Below, in pieces: positions 1 through 8,980 of a stretch of DNA of 37,137 nt. Source of the DNA: a virus (taxonomy: Duplodnaviria > Heunggongvirae > Uroviricota > Caudoviricetes). The notes under the pieces are model-generated. The model saw nothing but the letters and a program-made list of their open reading frames with translations, did no database searches and was not told the origin of the DNA. Numbering within the stretch: position 1 is the stretch's first letter; the number at the start of each line of letters is the position of its first letter. The stretch is from the IMG/VR virus record IMGVR_UViG_2703718793_000014; one strand, given 5' to 3'. Position numbers and translations under genes: made by a program.

Positions 1-1020
1 TTAATCCCCCGTGGACACTGCGTGGACACTTACGCCACCTTTCAGCGGATTAAGGGCCACCGCATCCTGCAGGTAATCCGGTGCAAAATGCGCATATGCC
101 ATTGTTTGCTGAATGGTTGCGTGACCAAGAATCTTCTGAAGCGCAATAATGTTTCCTCCGTTCATCACAAAATGGCTGGCGAACGTATGCCGCAGCACAT
201 GTGCAGCCTGGCCTTTTGGTAAATCGGGCTTAACTCTTTTCAGCGCCAGGCAGAATTCCCGGTACTTCACCTCAAACAAGCCGCCTGTTTCTCTGGTTTT
301 GATCGCCTCACAAACTGCCTGCGAAATTGGCACTGTTCTCTTCCGGCCATTTTTGGTTTCAAGAAACGTTACACGGTTATGAACTATCTGTTCACCACGA
401 AGCTTACAAGCTTCACTCCAGCGCGCCCCTGTGCTTAAACACAAAAGCGCAACACGCCAGTAGTCGCCCTCCAGTGTATCGAGCAATAGCGCCACTTCCT
501 TCTGTGACAGGAACGCCATTTCTCGTGGAGATACATAAAGAATAGAAATTCCCCTTACTGGATGTTCTGCATCCCAAAGACCTATTTTTTTCAGCACGGT
601 AAACATTCCGGATAACCGATTCATGTACCTGTTAGCAGATGACGGTTTCAATCCTTCAGCTATCTTTTGAGAACGCCACGCGATAATTTTCAGCTTATCA
701 AGATCCACAGCCTGCATATCAGCGCCAAGCTCATTGATTATGTTGCGCAGTTGTTTTCGGTCTTCTTCCGCCTTACGCCTGTGCTGGCCGTGATACATCC
801 ACCACAACTCAAGCAAATCATTTAGCGTTCGACGATCACGGTAGCCCTGTATATATTCCCGCTTTTCAGCGTTCGCCATGATGTAGCGTTCAGTGGCCAC
901 CGCTACCGATTTTTTGTCAAATACCTTACGCACGCGCTTTCCCTTGCGTCCGTTCGGCCTGATGTCCAGCAAATAACGACCATCTTCGAGCTTCTTAATC
1001 GACATTACGAAGCCCTCCAA
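1..1020 (-). CDS. int: Tyrosine recombinase / phage integrase (P2 Int family)
   Basis: 339-codon ORF; C-terminal catalytic region LRHTFASHFVMNGGNIIALQKILGHATIQQTMAYAHF is typical of tyrosine integrases; sits at the prophage end next to the att repeat and the repressor. Confidence 0.9.
   Translation of the reverse strand: MEGFVMSIKKLEDGRYLLDIRPNGRKGKRVRKVFDKKSVAVATERYIMANAEKREYIQGYRDRRTLNDLLELWWMYHGQHRRKAEEDRKQLRNIINELGADMQAVDLDKLKIIAWRSQKIAEGLKPSSANRYMNRLSGMFTVLKKIGLWDAEHPVRGISILYVSPREMAFLSQKEVALLLDTLEGDYWRVALLCLSTGARWSEACKLRGEQIVHNRVTFLETKNGRKRTVPISQAVCEAIKTRETGGLFEVKYREFCLALKRVKPDLPKGQAAHVLRHTFASHFVMNGGNIIALQKILGHATIQQTMAYAHFAPDYLQDAVALNPLKGGVSVHAVSTGD
11..35. repeat. Putative attL core: GTGGACACTGCGTGGACA(CT)TACGC, imperfect direct repeat of 35957-35979
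   Basis: Same 18-mer with one mismatch plus a 5-nt TACGC extension after a 2-nt indel recurs at 35957-35979; the two copies bracket all phage genes. The left copy overlaps the 3' end of int. Confidence 0.6.
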
Positions 1021-1101
1021 TGAACCGCTCTACAATTTCTCCAGCCTCTTTCCAGCAATAATCAGACCAGACAAAAAGCAGGTCTAACCAGTTTTCTGGC
1101 C

Positions 1102-1422
1102 TCAGCGGGATAATTTTTGGATTGTTTCGGTTGAAACGCGATCTCCCTCCGAATTGCAGGAACCATCAAGAGAGAGAGCCGGAGAAATTTGCCCGACCTC
1201 CGGCATCGTTTCATCTGTTGATAACCAATAAGCATACTTCTTAAATTTAGGGTGTTTCGTAACCTTAAGTAAGGCACCCTCTGTTACTTGCTTCCCCCTC
1301 ACCTCATAGTTAGTTACCGTCCCATAAGGCAGCCCAACACAATCCGCAAACTCCTGGCGGGTCATACCTTCTGCTTCACGAATCAGGCGAAATTTTTCAC
1401 CCATGCTTGACAAAGATGCCAT
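1102..1422 (-). CDS. C: Immunity repressor, P2 C-like (short HTH repressor)
   Basis: Translation contains MTRQEFADCVGLPYGTVTNYEVRG (HTH) and KYAYWLSTDE...EVGQISPAL, resembling the P2 C repressor; divergent from cox. Start chosen at MASLSS (GGAGGA 10 nt upstream); in-frame ATGs further upstream (to 1476) are possible alternatives. Confidence 0.75.
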   Translation of the reverse strand: MASLSSMGEKFRLIREAEGMTRQEFADCVGLPYGTVTNYEVRGKQVTEGALLKVTKHPKFKKYAYWLSTDETMPEVGQISPALSLDGSCNSEGDRVSTETIQKLSR

Positions 1423-1535
1423 ATCGGGCATATCCTCCATCGAAACATGCCACATCGGGCACAAACATAAAAACACTCAAATAAGCCGATATAAGCCATT
1501 TTGAGCCATTCGAACGAATTAGGGAGATTACCACA
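1423..1535. promoter_or_regulatory. Divergent early promoter/operator region (Pe/Pc-like switch) between repressor and cox
   Basis: Intergenic region between divergent C and cox; contains direct repeats ATAAGCC(GAT)ATAAGCC and AGCCATT(TTG)AGCCATT around 1483-1515, resembling the direct-repeat operators of P2-type switches. Confidence 0.4.
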
Positions 1536-1823
1536 ATGAGCGAATCAGAGCTTGGGGGGTTCATTCAGGTAGCACCATATCCACTTGAAGCGGTGCCATA
1601 TCAACTATTCGCCAAGATGATCGGCCGCAAGGAATCCACAGTCAGAACCATGATTGACGCAGCAAAGCTACCGACAATTGACTTTGTGAAACCAGGTTCA
1701 GTAAAGACGCGTGCATCAGAAAACTGGGTATATCTGCCAGCATTTAACGAAGGCATGCGCAAAGCGTTTTTTGAGCAACCGAAAGAACGCCGCGACGCAT
1801 GGTTGTTGTGGCTGGGACTTTAG
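1536..1823 (+). CDS. cox: Cox-like excisionase / early transcriptional repressor
   Basis: 95 aa; motifs PYQLFAKMIG, NWVYLPAFNEG and C-terminal WLLWLGL closely resemble P2 Cox; GGGAG Shine-Dalgarno upstream; first gene of the rightward early operon. Confidence 0.85.
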   Translation: MSESELGGFIQVAPYPLEAVPYQLFAKMIGRKESTVRTMIDAAKLPTIDFVKPGSVKTRASENWVYLPAFNEGMRKAFFEQPKERRDAWLLWLGL

Positions 1824-1829
1824 TCATAA

Positions 1830-2036
1830 ATGACCAGCCATATCATCAGCGCCATTCTGACCCTTGTTTTTATTGAGATAGGCGTAATAGCGATCTATTT
1901 GTTTCGCAAGTTAACGGGACATGAAGAACGCTTTATTGAACTCAGCATTGAATATATCGCCGCTTATACCAAAGGACTTTTCCCGGCAGCTATTGGGGCG
2001 ATGTTTATAGCGTTTGTTATCTGGTTTATCGGGTGA
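1830..2036 (+). CDS. Small membrane protein (two predicted TM helices), unknown function
   Basis: 68-codon ORF directly after cox; strongly hydrophobic segments IISAILTLVFIEIGVIAIYLF and AAIGAMFIAFVIWFIG. Confidence 0.5.
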   Translation: MTSHIISAILTLVFIEIGVIAIYLFRKLTGHEERFIELSIEYIAAYTKGLFPAAIGAMFIAFVIWFIG

Positions 2037-2179
2037 GAAACCTGACAACCCACAACTACTGCAATGAGGGTAATTATGTGTGGCATGGACAAATTGGACC
2101 TTATGTTAATTGTAATACTATCAATTAACTTCGGTTACCTCTTAAGCGGCGCAATTCTCATGTGCGGAGGCAAACGAAA

Positions 2180-2287
2180 ATGAACCAGCAGTCCGCAAAA
2201 CGTGAAAACAATGCGATGCGATTTAATCGCAAATATTTTGAGTTCGGCCTCTATGCCGGAATAATTAAATCTGTACAGAGTCTTTAA
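2180..2287 (+). CDS. Small ORF (35 aa), hypothetical
   Basis: ATG preceded by GGAGG at 8-nt spacing; stop TAA one base before the start of the next gene (coupled). Below the size cutoff of the ORF track. Confidence 0.3.
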   Translation: MNQQSAKRENNAMRFNRKYFEFGLYAGIIKSVQSL

Positions 2288-2288
2288 C

Positions 2289-2630
2289 ATGAAACAGCAA
2301 CGTAATTCACGCTTTCGCAATGGTGCAGAACGCCACGCTAACCGTTTTGCTACCAGTGCATCACGCAGCAACATCCGCTACAGCCTGAGTGATACACACG
2401 CAACGCCGGATGGCTACCCAGTAAAACAAATCGGCGAGCATGCCTGGCTGATTGAGAAAGCTGGAATCGTGATCCACAAATGCCCACGCAATCCGTTTAC
2501 CGGAAACCGCATTTTTGCTCTAAGCAGTGGTGACAATCAGTTCGGGCAGGATTTCACATTATACGAAGCACTTCGCACGGTTGATCGTCTGCTTCGCGGG
2601 CAAAGTTTTATTAAACAGGCTGATTTATAA
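2289..2630 (+). CDS. Hypothetical early protein (113 aa)
   Basis: ORF in the rightward early operon, tightly packed with neighbours; no motif recognised. Confidence 0.5.
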   Translation: MKQQRNSRFRNGAERHANRFATSASRSNIRYSLSDTHATPDGYPVKQIGEHAWLIEKAGIVIHKCPRNPFTGNRIFALSSGDNQFGQDFTLYEALRTVDRLLRGQSFIKQADL

Positions 2631-2640
2631 CAGGTGCTTT

Positions 2641-2928
2641 ATGACCAAAGACCATGCACAAGGTGTATTTATCCGTTTTATTGATTTTCGCGGTGAACTG
2701 TTATTACGTGCATCCGCTATTGACGGAGTGACTCCTGCGGGTAAAAACGGAGCCGACGAAGCCACTTACGTTTATCTGAACGGCACGCGACTGCTTGTGG
2801 AACTTCCGTACCAGACCGTACGAGAAATCATTAGCGAAGCTGAAAAGGCACGCCAGGTTAATGGCGATGAACCCTATATCGAAATTATTTGTATGGATTC
2901 AGAAGCTGAAATACAGAAAGCAGATTAA
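2641..2928 (+). CDS. Hypothetical early protein (95 aa)
   Basis: Starts at an internal ATG of the 2527-2928 ORF, immediately after the stop of the previous gene; no motif recognised. Confidence 0.5.
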   Translation: MTKDHAQGVFIRFIDFRGELLLRASAIDGVTPAGKNGADEATYVYLNGTRLLVELPYQTVREIISEAEKARQVNGDEPYIEIICMDSEAEIQKAD

Positions 2929-2939
2929 AGGGCGTTGTG

Positions 2940-3182
2940 ATGGGCAAAGAATATAAAACTCTCATTAACAAAGCACTTGAGCGTTTTTATTTTCGCTTAA
3001 GTGCATCAGGCGCTCATGCTGAACGTGCGGCCCGTGACTCATTGACCAGAGCAATCCGAAGTCTGTATGACGTGGCTTTTTACGCTGATGATCTGGATGC
3101 ACTTAACGAACTTTCCGAGCTGATCTGTGCCGCAGAATGCGGGGAACATATTGAACCGTATAAGCTGGGGAATATCGCATGA
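2940..3182 (+). CDS. Hypothetical early protein (80 aa)
   Basis: ORF with ATG at 2940 (GTG at 2937 also possible); stop overlaps the next start (ATGA). Confidence 0.5.
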   Translation: MGKEYKTLINKALERFYFRLSASGAHAERAARDSLTRAIRSLYDVAFYADDLDALNELSELICAAECGEHIEPYKLGNIA

Positions 3183-3292
3183 GTATATTTATCTCATGGC
3201 TTGTTCTGATTATTTCGGTGGCCTGCGCTATTGGGATTATGCGAATTATTCATTCAATAAAAAAGATTGAACGCTTTTTCACTGGCGAATAA
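3179..3292 (+). CDS. Small hydrophobic peptide (37 aa, single TM)
   Basis: ATG overlaps the previous stop (GCATGA); translation MSIFISWLVLIISVACAIGIMRIIHSIKKIERFFTGE is a single TM helix followed by a basic tail. Not in the ORF track because it is under 60 aa. Confidence 0.35.
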   Translation: MSIFISWLVLIISVACAIGIMRIIHSIKKIERFFTGE

Positions 3293-3378
3293 CAGAGCAA
3301 ATAAAACCACAGATTAAATAAGAAAATGTAAAAACAATCCGCATTCGCGGAGGTATTCGCACACGCCAAGGAGGCGTA

Positions 3379-3582
3379 ATGGCAATTAAGCATTTTCCTG
3401 TCGTTCGTTTTACCTCCAGAGGGCGTGAATACGAAGTCGACGAACGCCTGATTACCACAATCGACAAACACCGTTCAGAAAAGGATGCACATCACATCTA
3501 TCTCACTGACGGCACTTACTTCTGCGCCACGAATGTGGTGCGGGTGAACCTTATCCGACAGGTACAGGAGTCACGCAGATGA
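3379..3582 (+). CDS. Hypothetical early protein (67 aa)
   Basis: Strong Shine-Dalgarno AAGGAGG 5 nt upstream of the ATG; stop overlaps the next start. Confidence 0.55.
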   Translation: MAIKHFPVVRFTSRGREYEVDERLITTIDKHRSEKDAHHIYLTDGTYFCATNVVRVNLIRQVQESRR

Positions 3583-3824
3583 CCATTCTGGACTATATCG
3601 CCGCCAATCCGGGGTGTAGCGGTGGAGAAATCGCCGCAGCACTGAATACCCCAACCACAGCCATTAATGCGGAGTTACGCCGACTCTGGCGCAGCGGTTC
3701 AGTCATAAGAAAAGAGCGCAAAACAGGCGGTCGCTTTTCTTACCAGATAAACCCGATGCCGTTCGGGTGCGGCAATCCACTTACCAACATGTTTAACCAG
3801 CTACTGAAGGAAGCCAGAGCATGA
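3579..3824 (+). CDS. Small putative winged-helix DNA-binding protein
   Basis: 81 aa; segment SGGEIAAALNTPTTAINAELRRLWRSGSVIRKERK looks like a helix-turn-helix plus wing; translationally coupled to both neighbours. Confidence 0.45.
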   Translation: MTILDYIAANPGCSGGEIAAALNTPTTAINAELRRLWRSGSVIRKERKTGGRFSYQINPMPFGCGNPLTNMFNQLLKEARA

Positions 3825-4120
3825 GCGCCATCAACCACCAGGAATTACGCGAACTGGCGACTGACCTGCAACGAATGGCAACGCCTCAAAAATTACTGGC
3901 GTTTCGCGCAATGCTCTCGCCGTCTGCTGTGCTGGCGCTGCTGGATGAGCTGGAGCACGCCAGAACCACACCTCTCGCCATTCGCCTGACGCTCCGTCAT
4001 GAAATCGAGGATTTCTGCGCGACGTTGGAGGCGCCAGGCGAACCGGAAACGCCGGAAGCAATACAGAAAGAGCTGCTGCAACGCATTGACAAGGTTTTTG
4101 ATTTTTTTCTGAACCACTAA
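3821..4120 (+). CDS. Hypothetical early protein (99 aa)
   Basis: Coupled ORF (ATGA overlap with the previous gene); helical, acidic C-terminus; no motif recognised. Confidence 0.5.
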   Translation: MSAINHQELRELATDLQRMATPQKLLAFRAMLSPSAVLALLDELEHARTTPLAIRLTLRHEIEDFCATLEAPGEPETPEAIQKELLQRIDKVFDFFLNH

Positions 4121-4242
4121 GAAACCAGAACATGCACACACAAAAAAACCGCTTGCCATGCCGCAATCAGTCAGGTTACATTTCCGCTGCACCTCACAAA
4201 ACGGGTGCCGGGTTTCGCAGCCTGCTGACTACACAAGCGCAC

Positions 4243-4263
4243 AACCGCGCCAGCGGTTTTTTT
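4243..4263 (+). terminator. Rho-independent terminator-like hairpin plus T-tract
   Basis: AACCGC-GCCA-GCGGTT stem-loop followed immediately by a run of Ts, within the non-coding island 4121-4442. Confidence 0.45.
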
Positions 4264-4442
4264 GTGCGTACTGTATTGCCACGTTTTTTTCGCGTCAGAA
4301 TTATGGCGGGGCGCACGGGGCCGACTTCGGTCGGGCCGGGTTCTTGTGTAGCCGGTACTGCGAACCTCGTACGTCTCGCCACCCACAGTTTCGCAGCTCT
4401 GGATGGTGAGTTTTCACAACTTACTACACAAGGGGCCACACC

Positions 4443-4673
4443 ATGGCAAACCGCAAACCACACCGCGCTATCGCGGAGCGTCGTCACATCCAGACTGAAA
4501 TCAACCGCAGACTTTCCCGCGCATCACGCGTCGCGCAAATCATGCACATCAATATGTTGCATGAGCGCAGCCACGCACTATCAAACATTTATTCCGCCTC
4601 TGTTTTCAGCTATCTGGCGGATGATCTGCACGAGCTTCAACAGCTCATCCAGCAGCAAAACAAACTCCATTAA
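4443..4673 (+). CDS. Hypothetical basic protein (76 aa)
   Basis: ORF following the non-coding island; arginine-rich N-terminus; no motif recognised. Confidence 0.45.
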   Translation: MANRKPHRAIAERRHIQTEINRRLSRASRVAQIMHINMLHERSHALSNIYSASVFSYLADDLHELQQLIQQQNKLH

Positions 4674-4745
4674 TTCCTGTTCCGGGCCTTTCCTGCACCT
4701 TGCGGCGGGAGGCCTTCGCACATCTGTAACAAGAGGATTGCCGCA

Positions 4746-5111
4746 ATGATTCTCGCCAACGACTTTCTTGAATACCTGCTCAACACAGAACGTGATCTTG
4801 CCGCTCGCGTGCGTGATCGTTATGACATGTACCTGAAATCCATGCCTGTACCGCAGCTCGCTGACGGAAAAATTGTTATTGATGGTCGCTACGTGATCGA
4901 CAGCCATGAGGGAAATTACAGGCTTTACCGCATTGAAGGTGGCACCCCGTCCGTTATTGGCATTTACCAGCGCCCATCCTCTGCAATCGTCGATGTGATT
5001 GCCGACAGCATCCGCATCACACATCGCCATGCCGACACAGAAGACACCGTGCTGGAAATTCAGCGGCTGGCTACAGTCTGCCGCGACACCCTGAATGGCA
5101 TGACGAAGTAA
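4746..5111 (+). CDS. Hypothetical early protein (121 aa)
   Basis: AAGAGG Shine-Dalgarno upstream; ends just before the start of gene A. Confidence 0.55.
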   Translation: MILANDFLEYLLNTERDLAARVRDRYDMYLKSMPVPQLADGKIVIDGRYVIDSHEGNYRLYRIEGGTPSVIGIYQRPSSAIVDVIADSIRITHRHADTEDTVLEIQRLATVCRDTLNGMTK

Positions 5112-5117
5112 ATCACT

Positions 5118-7940
5118 ATGACGGCAGAGTACATCAGGGACTGGCAACAACCGCGCCACGCAGTGGGGCGTGAAGGAACGGGGATCCCCGCTCCTGAATC
5201 CGCGCTTTCCTCCTGGCTGGATGCCTACCGGGCAGAGAACGAGCGCCGCCAGGAAATGGCTGATGCGGCGTTCTCCGCCACGCCGCTGGGCAACCTGATT
5301 AATAAAAGCCTGGACGCACAGGAAAAACAGGACAAAACCATCACACTGGCAGGAGACGCCAGAAAACAGGCACGCGGCGCGGTGGATGAAGCCATGGCCT
5401 CGCTGCGCCTGCTGCCGTCCTATCTGCGCGATCCGCTTATTCGCCACCTCTCCTTCCTGCGCAAAAAACAGGAAGCCGATCGCCGGAAAGGCAAAAAGAG
5501 CTGGCAGGCTGAACGCTACGCGCGCGGAACCCTGCGCAAAATATTCGAACGTCTGGGCCGCACCGACCACCGCTGGCTGACACCGGGTTATCGCTCCCTT
5601 GCCGGACGCGAACGCCTGGATGATTTGCTTTACCTGCCGCAGCTCAACAAACACCAGATACAGACGCTGGCCACCATGACGGCGGCGATGTTCAGCAGCA
5701 CTTTCGAAAAACTCTGCGATGGCTTTGGCGCGACCGATGGCGAGCTGACCATGGATGTAACGCTGAAGGCGTATCAGATGCTGGCCCGCATGGCGTTACA
5801 CCTGCACGCCATGCCTCCACATTATGACGCACTGACAACAGACAAAGACCGGAGGAACGAACCGGACACGGAGCTGCTGCCGGGTGCAATCCTTCGCCTG
5901 ACCTGTGCGGAATGGTGGAAACGCAAACTGTGGCTGTTACGTTGCGAGTGGCGGGAAGAACAACTCCGCGCCGCCTGTCTGGTTTCCAGAAAAACATCAC
6001 CCTATCTGAGCCAGGACGCGTTAAGCGAGTTTCGCGCACAGCGCGAGAAAACACGCGATTTCCTGAAAAGTTTCATGCTGGAAAATGAAGACGGATTCAC
6101 GATTGATCTCGAGACAGTGTATTACGCGGGAGTAAGTAACCCGGTTCACCGTAAGGCAGAAATGATGGCCACCATGAAGGGGCTGGAACTTCTGGCCGAA
6201 GCCCGTGGCGACAAAGCGGTGTTTCTGACTGTCACCTGCCCGTCAAAATACCACGCCACAACAGAGAACGGTCATCCGAATCCCAAATGGAACGGGGCCA
6301 CCATGCGCGACTCCAGCGATTACCTGGTTAACAAGTTTTTTGCGGCGGTCCGCAAGAAACTGAACCGCGACGGCCTGCGCTGGTATGGCATCCGCACGGT
6401 GGAGCCTCACCATGACGGCACCGTGCACTGGCATATGATGGTCTTTGCTCATCCGGAAGAAATCGACAGCATCGTGGCCATCACCCGCGATATTGCCATT
6501 CAGGAAGACCGCCACGAGCTGGGCAATGACATAACTCCGCGCTTTAAGGCAGAGTACGTCGACGGTTCGAAAGGTACGCCGACCAGCTACATCGCCACCT
6601 ACATCGGAAAGAACCTGGACAGCCGCGCCGTGGATGGCATTGACCCGAAAACAGGCAAGCCACGCGTTGATCACGAAACCGGAAAATCAATGGCCGAGAG
6701 CGTGGAACGCGCCATCGGCTGGGCGCGCCTTCACCGCGTCCGCCAGTTCCAGTTCTTTGGTATCCCCTCCCGTCAGGTATGGCGTGAACTCCGCCGCCTT
6801 GCCAGTCAGATGGCCCGCAACCCGGAAGGTCCACAACGTCTGGAAAATGACGCAATGGATGCGGTACTCGCTGCCGCTGATGCCGGGTGTTTTGCCACCT
6901 ACATTGAGAAACAGGGGGGCGTACTTGTTCCACGCAAGGATTACCTGATTCGCACCGCCTACGACCTCGCAGAAGAGCTGAACGATTACGGCGAGCAAAG
7001 CGTACAGATTTACGGGATCTGGTCGCCACAAATCGGGGAATCTTCCCGCGTGTGCACGCACCCGGATAACTGGAAGCTGGTAAGACGTAAACCGGAAGCG
7101 GAAGACAGCGCCCGCGAAAATGGTTTTGACCTTCAGGGCGGCCCTGCCGCCCCTTGGACTCGTGGCAATAACTGTCCCCGTGTACAGGAAACGGACAACA
7201 ACGGGACAGAACAGCCGGAAGAACGGCCAGCACCGTGGCCGCAGCTCCCTGACGGCGTTGAAGTGAACGAATGGATGCGCTCACTGAAACGGCACGAACG
7301 CCGGGCGCTGATGCGTTCGCTTCGTGACAAACAGGCAAAAAACAGCAGTGATGAAATGCAGAGCTGGACACAGAGCCGCAAACAGCAGCGGCCTTTGCCT
7401 GATAACCACGAATTACTCGCTAAAGAATGGCGGGAGTCTGCTGAATCTCTCGGCCTGCATATCGGTGAACAACAGATGCAGCACCTGTTACGGGGCGGCA
7501 GTCTGTACGTTGACGGCAGCATCATTGCACCGCAGGGATTTGAAATTGTACGCAAACCGGATACCCGCCCGGACAGCCGAATCACGCAGCTCTGGCAGCG
7601 CCTGAGCCGTAATCATGGCGTAAGCAGCACGGAGATCCGCCATAACCCGGTCGCCAGCTATCTGGCACAGCTGGGGGCATCAGACCCTAAAGCCGCCGCA
7701 CGCCTGGCATCCACACTTCAGCAGGACCAGAACACCATGAAAACACCCGTTACCGTGCTTTCTGACATGCTGCGCGCCATCCGCGACGCAGAGCACGCAC
7801 AGAGAATCAGTGAAACCACTGAACGCGCCAGCCGCAAAGCAGACCTGCTGCGGGGTGGCCTGACCAGCGGAAACAAAAAACAGACAGAAACGGGACTCAC
7901 GAATCCCGTAAATGAGCAAAAAACGCGCAGCGATATATGA
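5118..7940 (+). CDS. A: Replication initiation endonuclease (P2 gpA family rolling-circle initiator)
   Basis: 940 aa; conserved block FLTVTCPSKYHATTENGHPNPKWNG...RWYGIRTVEPHHDGTVHWHMMVFAH (metal-binding His motif) and paired catalytic tyrosines in TSYIATYIGKN. My impression is that it carries a long C-terminal extension relative to P2 A. Confidence 0.9.
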   Translation: MTAEYIRDWQQPRHAVGREGTGIPAPESALSSWLDAYRAENERRQEMADAAFSATPLGNLINKSLDAQEKQDKTITLAGDARKQARGAVDEAMASLRLLPSYLRDPLIRHLSFLRKKQEADRRKGKKSWQAERYARGTLRKIFERLGRTDHRWLTPGYRSLAGRERLDDLLYLPQLNKHQIQTLATMTAAMFSSTFEKLCDGFGATDGELTMDVTLKAYQMLARMALHLHAMPPHYDALTTDKDRRNEPDTELLPGAILRLTCAEWWKRKLWLLRCEWREEQLRAACLVSRKTSPYLSQDALSEFRAQREKTRDFLKSFMLENEDGFTIDLETVYYAGVSNPVHRKAEMMATMKGLELLAEARGDKAVFLTVTCPSKYHATTENGHPNPKWNGATMRDSSDYLVNKFFAAVRKKLNRDGLRWYGIRTVEPHHDGTVHWHMMVFAHPEEIDSIVAITRDIAIQEDRHELGNDITPRFKAEYVDGSKGTPTSYIATYIGKNLDSRAVDGIDPKTGKPRVDHETGKSMAESVERAIGWARLHRVRQFQFFGIPSRQVWRELRRLASQMARNPEGPQRLENDAMDAVLAAADAGCFATYIEKQGGVLVPRKDYLIRTAYDLAEELNDYGEQSVQIYGIWSPQIGESSRVCTHPDNWKLVRRKPEAEDSARENGFDLQGGPAAPWTRGNNCPRVQETDNNGTEQPEERPAPWPQLPDGVEVNEWMRSLKRHERRALMRSLRDKQAKNSSDEMQSWTQSRKQQRPLPDNHELLAKEWRESAESLGLHIGEQQMQHLLRGGSLYVDGSIIAPQGFEIVRKPDTRPDSRITQLWQRLSRNHGVSSTEIRHNPVASYLAQLGASDPKAAARLASTLQQDQNTMKTPVTVLSDMLRAIRDAEHAQRISETTERASRKADLLRGGLTSGNKKQTETGLTNPVNEQKTRSDI

Positions 7941-7985
7941 AGCGCGCACAAAACAGGCAAAAACGGGATTTCAGAATCCCGTAAA
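7888..7985. repeat. Two 25-bp imperfect direct repeats, each an internal palindrome (AAACGGGAnTnnnGAATCCCGTAAA); candidate parC-like centromere/operator
   Basis: Copies at 7888-7912 and 7961-7985, 73 bp apart, spanning the 3' end of A and the region just upstream of the ParM-like gene. Confidence 0.45.
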
Positions 7986-8016
7986 CGATTAATTAATCAA
8001 CATAAGGAAAAGCGAC

Positions 8017-8976
8017 ATGAAAATTTGTATCGATGACGGCTCCACCAACATCAAGCTGGCATGGACTGAGAACGGCGAACGCCGCAACGCCATCAGCCCG
8101 AACAGCTTCAAGTCGGAATGGTCTGCGCCGTTCGGTGGCACGCAGCCCGCGAACTACATGCTTGATGGCGTGCGCTATGGTTTTGATCCGGTCAGCGATC
8201 GCTTTGTCCAGACGACCGACACGCAATACCAGTACAGCGATGTGAATGTCATTGCCATTCATCACGCGCTGGTCAAATCAGGCATCACACCACAGGAAGT
8301 GGATGTGGTTGTCACCCTGCCACTGAGCGAGTATTTCGACACAAACGCACAGCCGGACATGGCCAACATCAACCGCAAAAAAGCAAACGTCATGCGCCCG
8401 GTGGCGTACCAGAACGGAAAAGCATTCACTATCCGTAACGTACGGGTTATGCCTGAATCCATTCCGGCTGGTTTTAAAGCACTGGCTGACATGAGTCCGT
8501 TTGAATCCCTGCTTATTGTGGATTTAGGCGGAACCACGCTGGATGTGGCAAAGGTTCAGGGGCAACTGGCAGGTATCAGCCAGGTGTTTTGCGATCCACA
8601 CGTAGGCGTTTCTCTGATGGCCAATGCCGTACTGTCGGTGATGGCCACTAACGGTATGCGCACCAGTCACCACATCGCCAATACCATTATCGAACATCGC
8701 CATGATGAAGCCTGGCTGCGCCAGCACATCCACAATGACGCGCATTACGCCAGCCTGATGGCGGTTATTCGTGAAAAGGAAGAAACACTGAAACAACGCG
8801 TGATCCGCGCGCTGGCGGTTTTTTCGGGTTACGGGCGGGTGATGGTTGTCGGTGGCGGGGCGGAGATTGTGGCACCCGCTATCCGCGAAGCCTGCGGAGT
8901 TAATGCGACTTTCATCGCGGACGGGGTGCCACAGTTTGCTCTGGTTAATGGGCTGTACGCAATGGACAAGGAGTAA
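8017..8976 (+). CDS. ParM/StbA-like actin-type segregation ATPase
   Basis: 319 aa; N-terminus MKICIDDGSTNIKLAW, then YSDVNVIAIHHAL, VMPESIPAGF, LLIVDLGGTTLDVA and VMVVGGGAEIV match, block for block, the ParM of plasmid R1 as I recall it (actin-fold phosphate and adenosine motifs). Confidence 0.8.
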   Translation: MKICIDDGSTNIKLAWTENGERRNAISPNSFKSEWSAPFGGTQPANYMLDGVRYGFDPVSDRFVQTTDTQYQYSDVNVIAIHHALVKSGITPQEVDVVVTLPLSEYFDTNAQPDMANINRKKANVMRPVAYQNGKAFTIRNVRVMPESIPAGFKALADMSPFESLLIVDLGGTTLDVAKVQGQLAGISQVFCDPHVGVSLMANAVLSVMATNGMRTSHHIANTIIEHRHDEAWLRQHIHNDAHYASLMAVIREKEETLKQRVIRALAVFSGYGRVMVVGGGAEIVAPAIREACGVNATFIADGVPQFALVNGLYAMDKE

Positions 8977-8980
8977 ACCA

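Noticed and set aside
2135-2374. 79-codon minus-strand ORF between early genes
   Set aside because: Opposes the co-directional, translationally coupled plus-strand early operon and overlaps the start of the 2289 gene.
4132-4749. 205-codon plus-strand ORF spanning the GC-rich island and the following small gene
   Set aside because: Low-complexity Ser/Thr/Arg/Cys-rich translation, no ribosome-binding site, overlaps a better-supported gene in another frame and an intrinsic terminator; judged to be a chance ORF in GC-rich DNA.
4581-5654. 357-codon minus-strand ORF
   Set aside because: Antisense to the start of replication gene A and to the 4746-5111 gene; composition typical of a shadow ORF on the opposite strand of a GC-rich gene.
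6544-7371. 275-codon minus-strand ORF inside gene A (and the other internal ORFs 5692-6054, 6243-6674, 7133-7585)
   Set aside because: Entirely contained within the well-supported A coding region on the opposite strand; Arg/Cys/Ser-rich junk-like translations.
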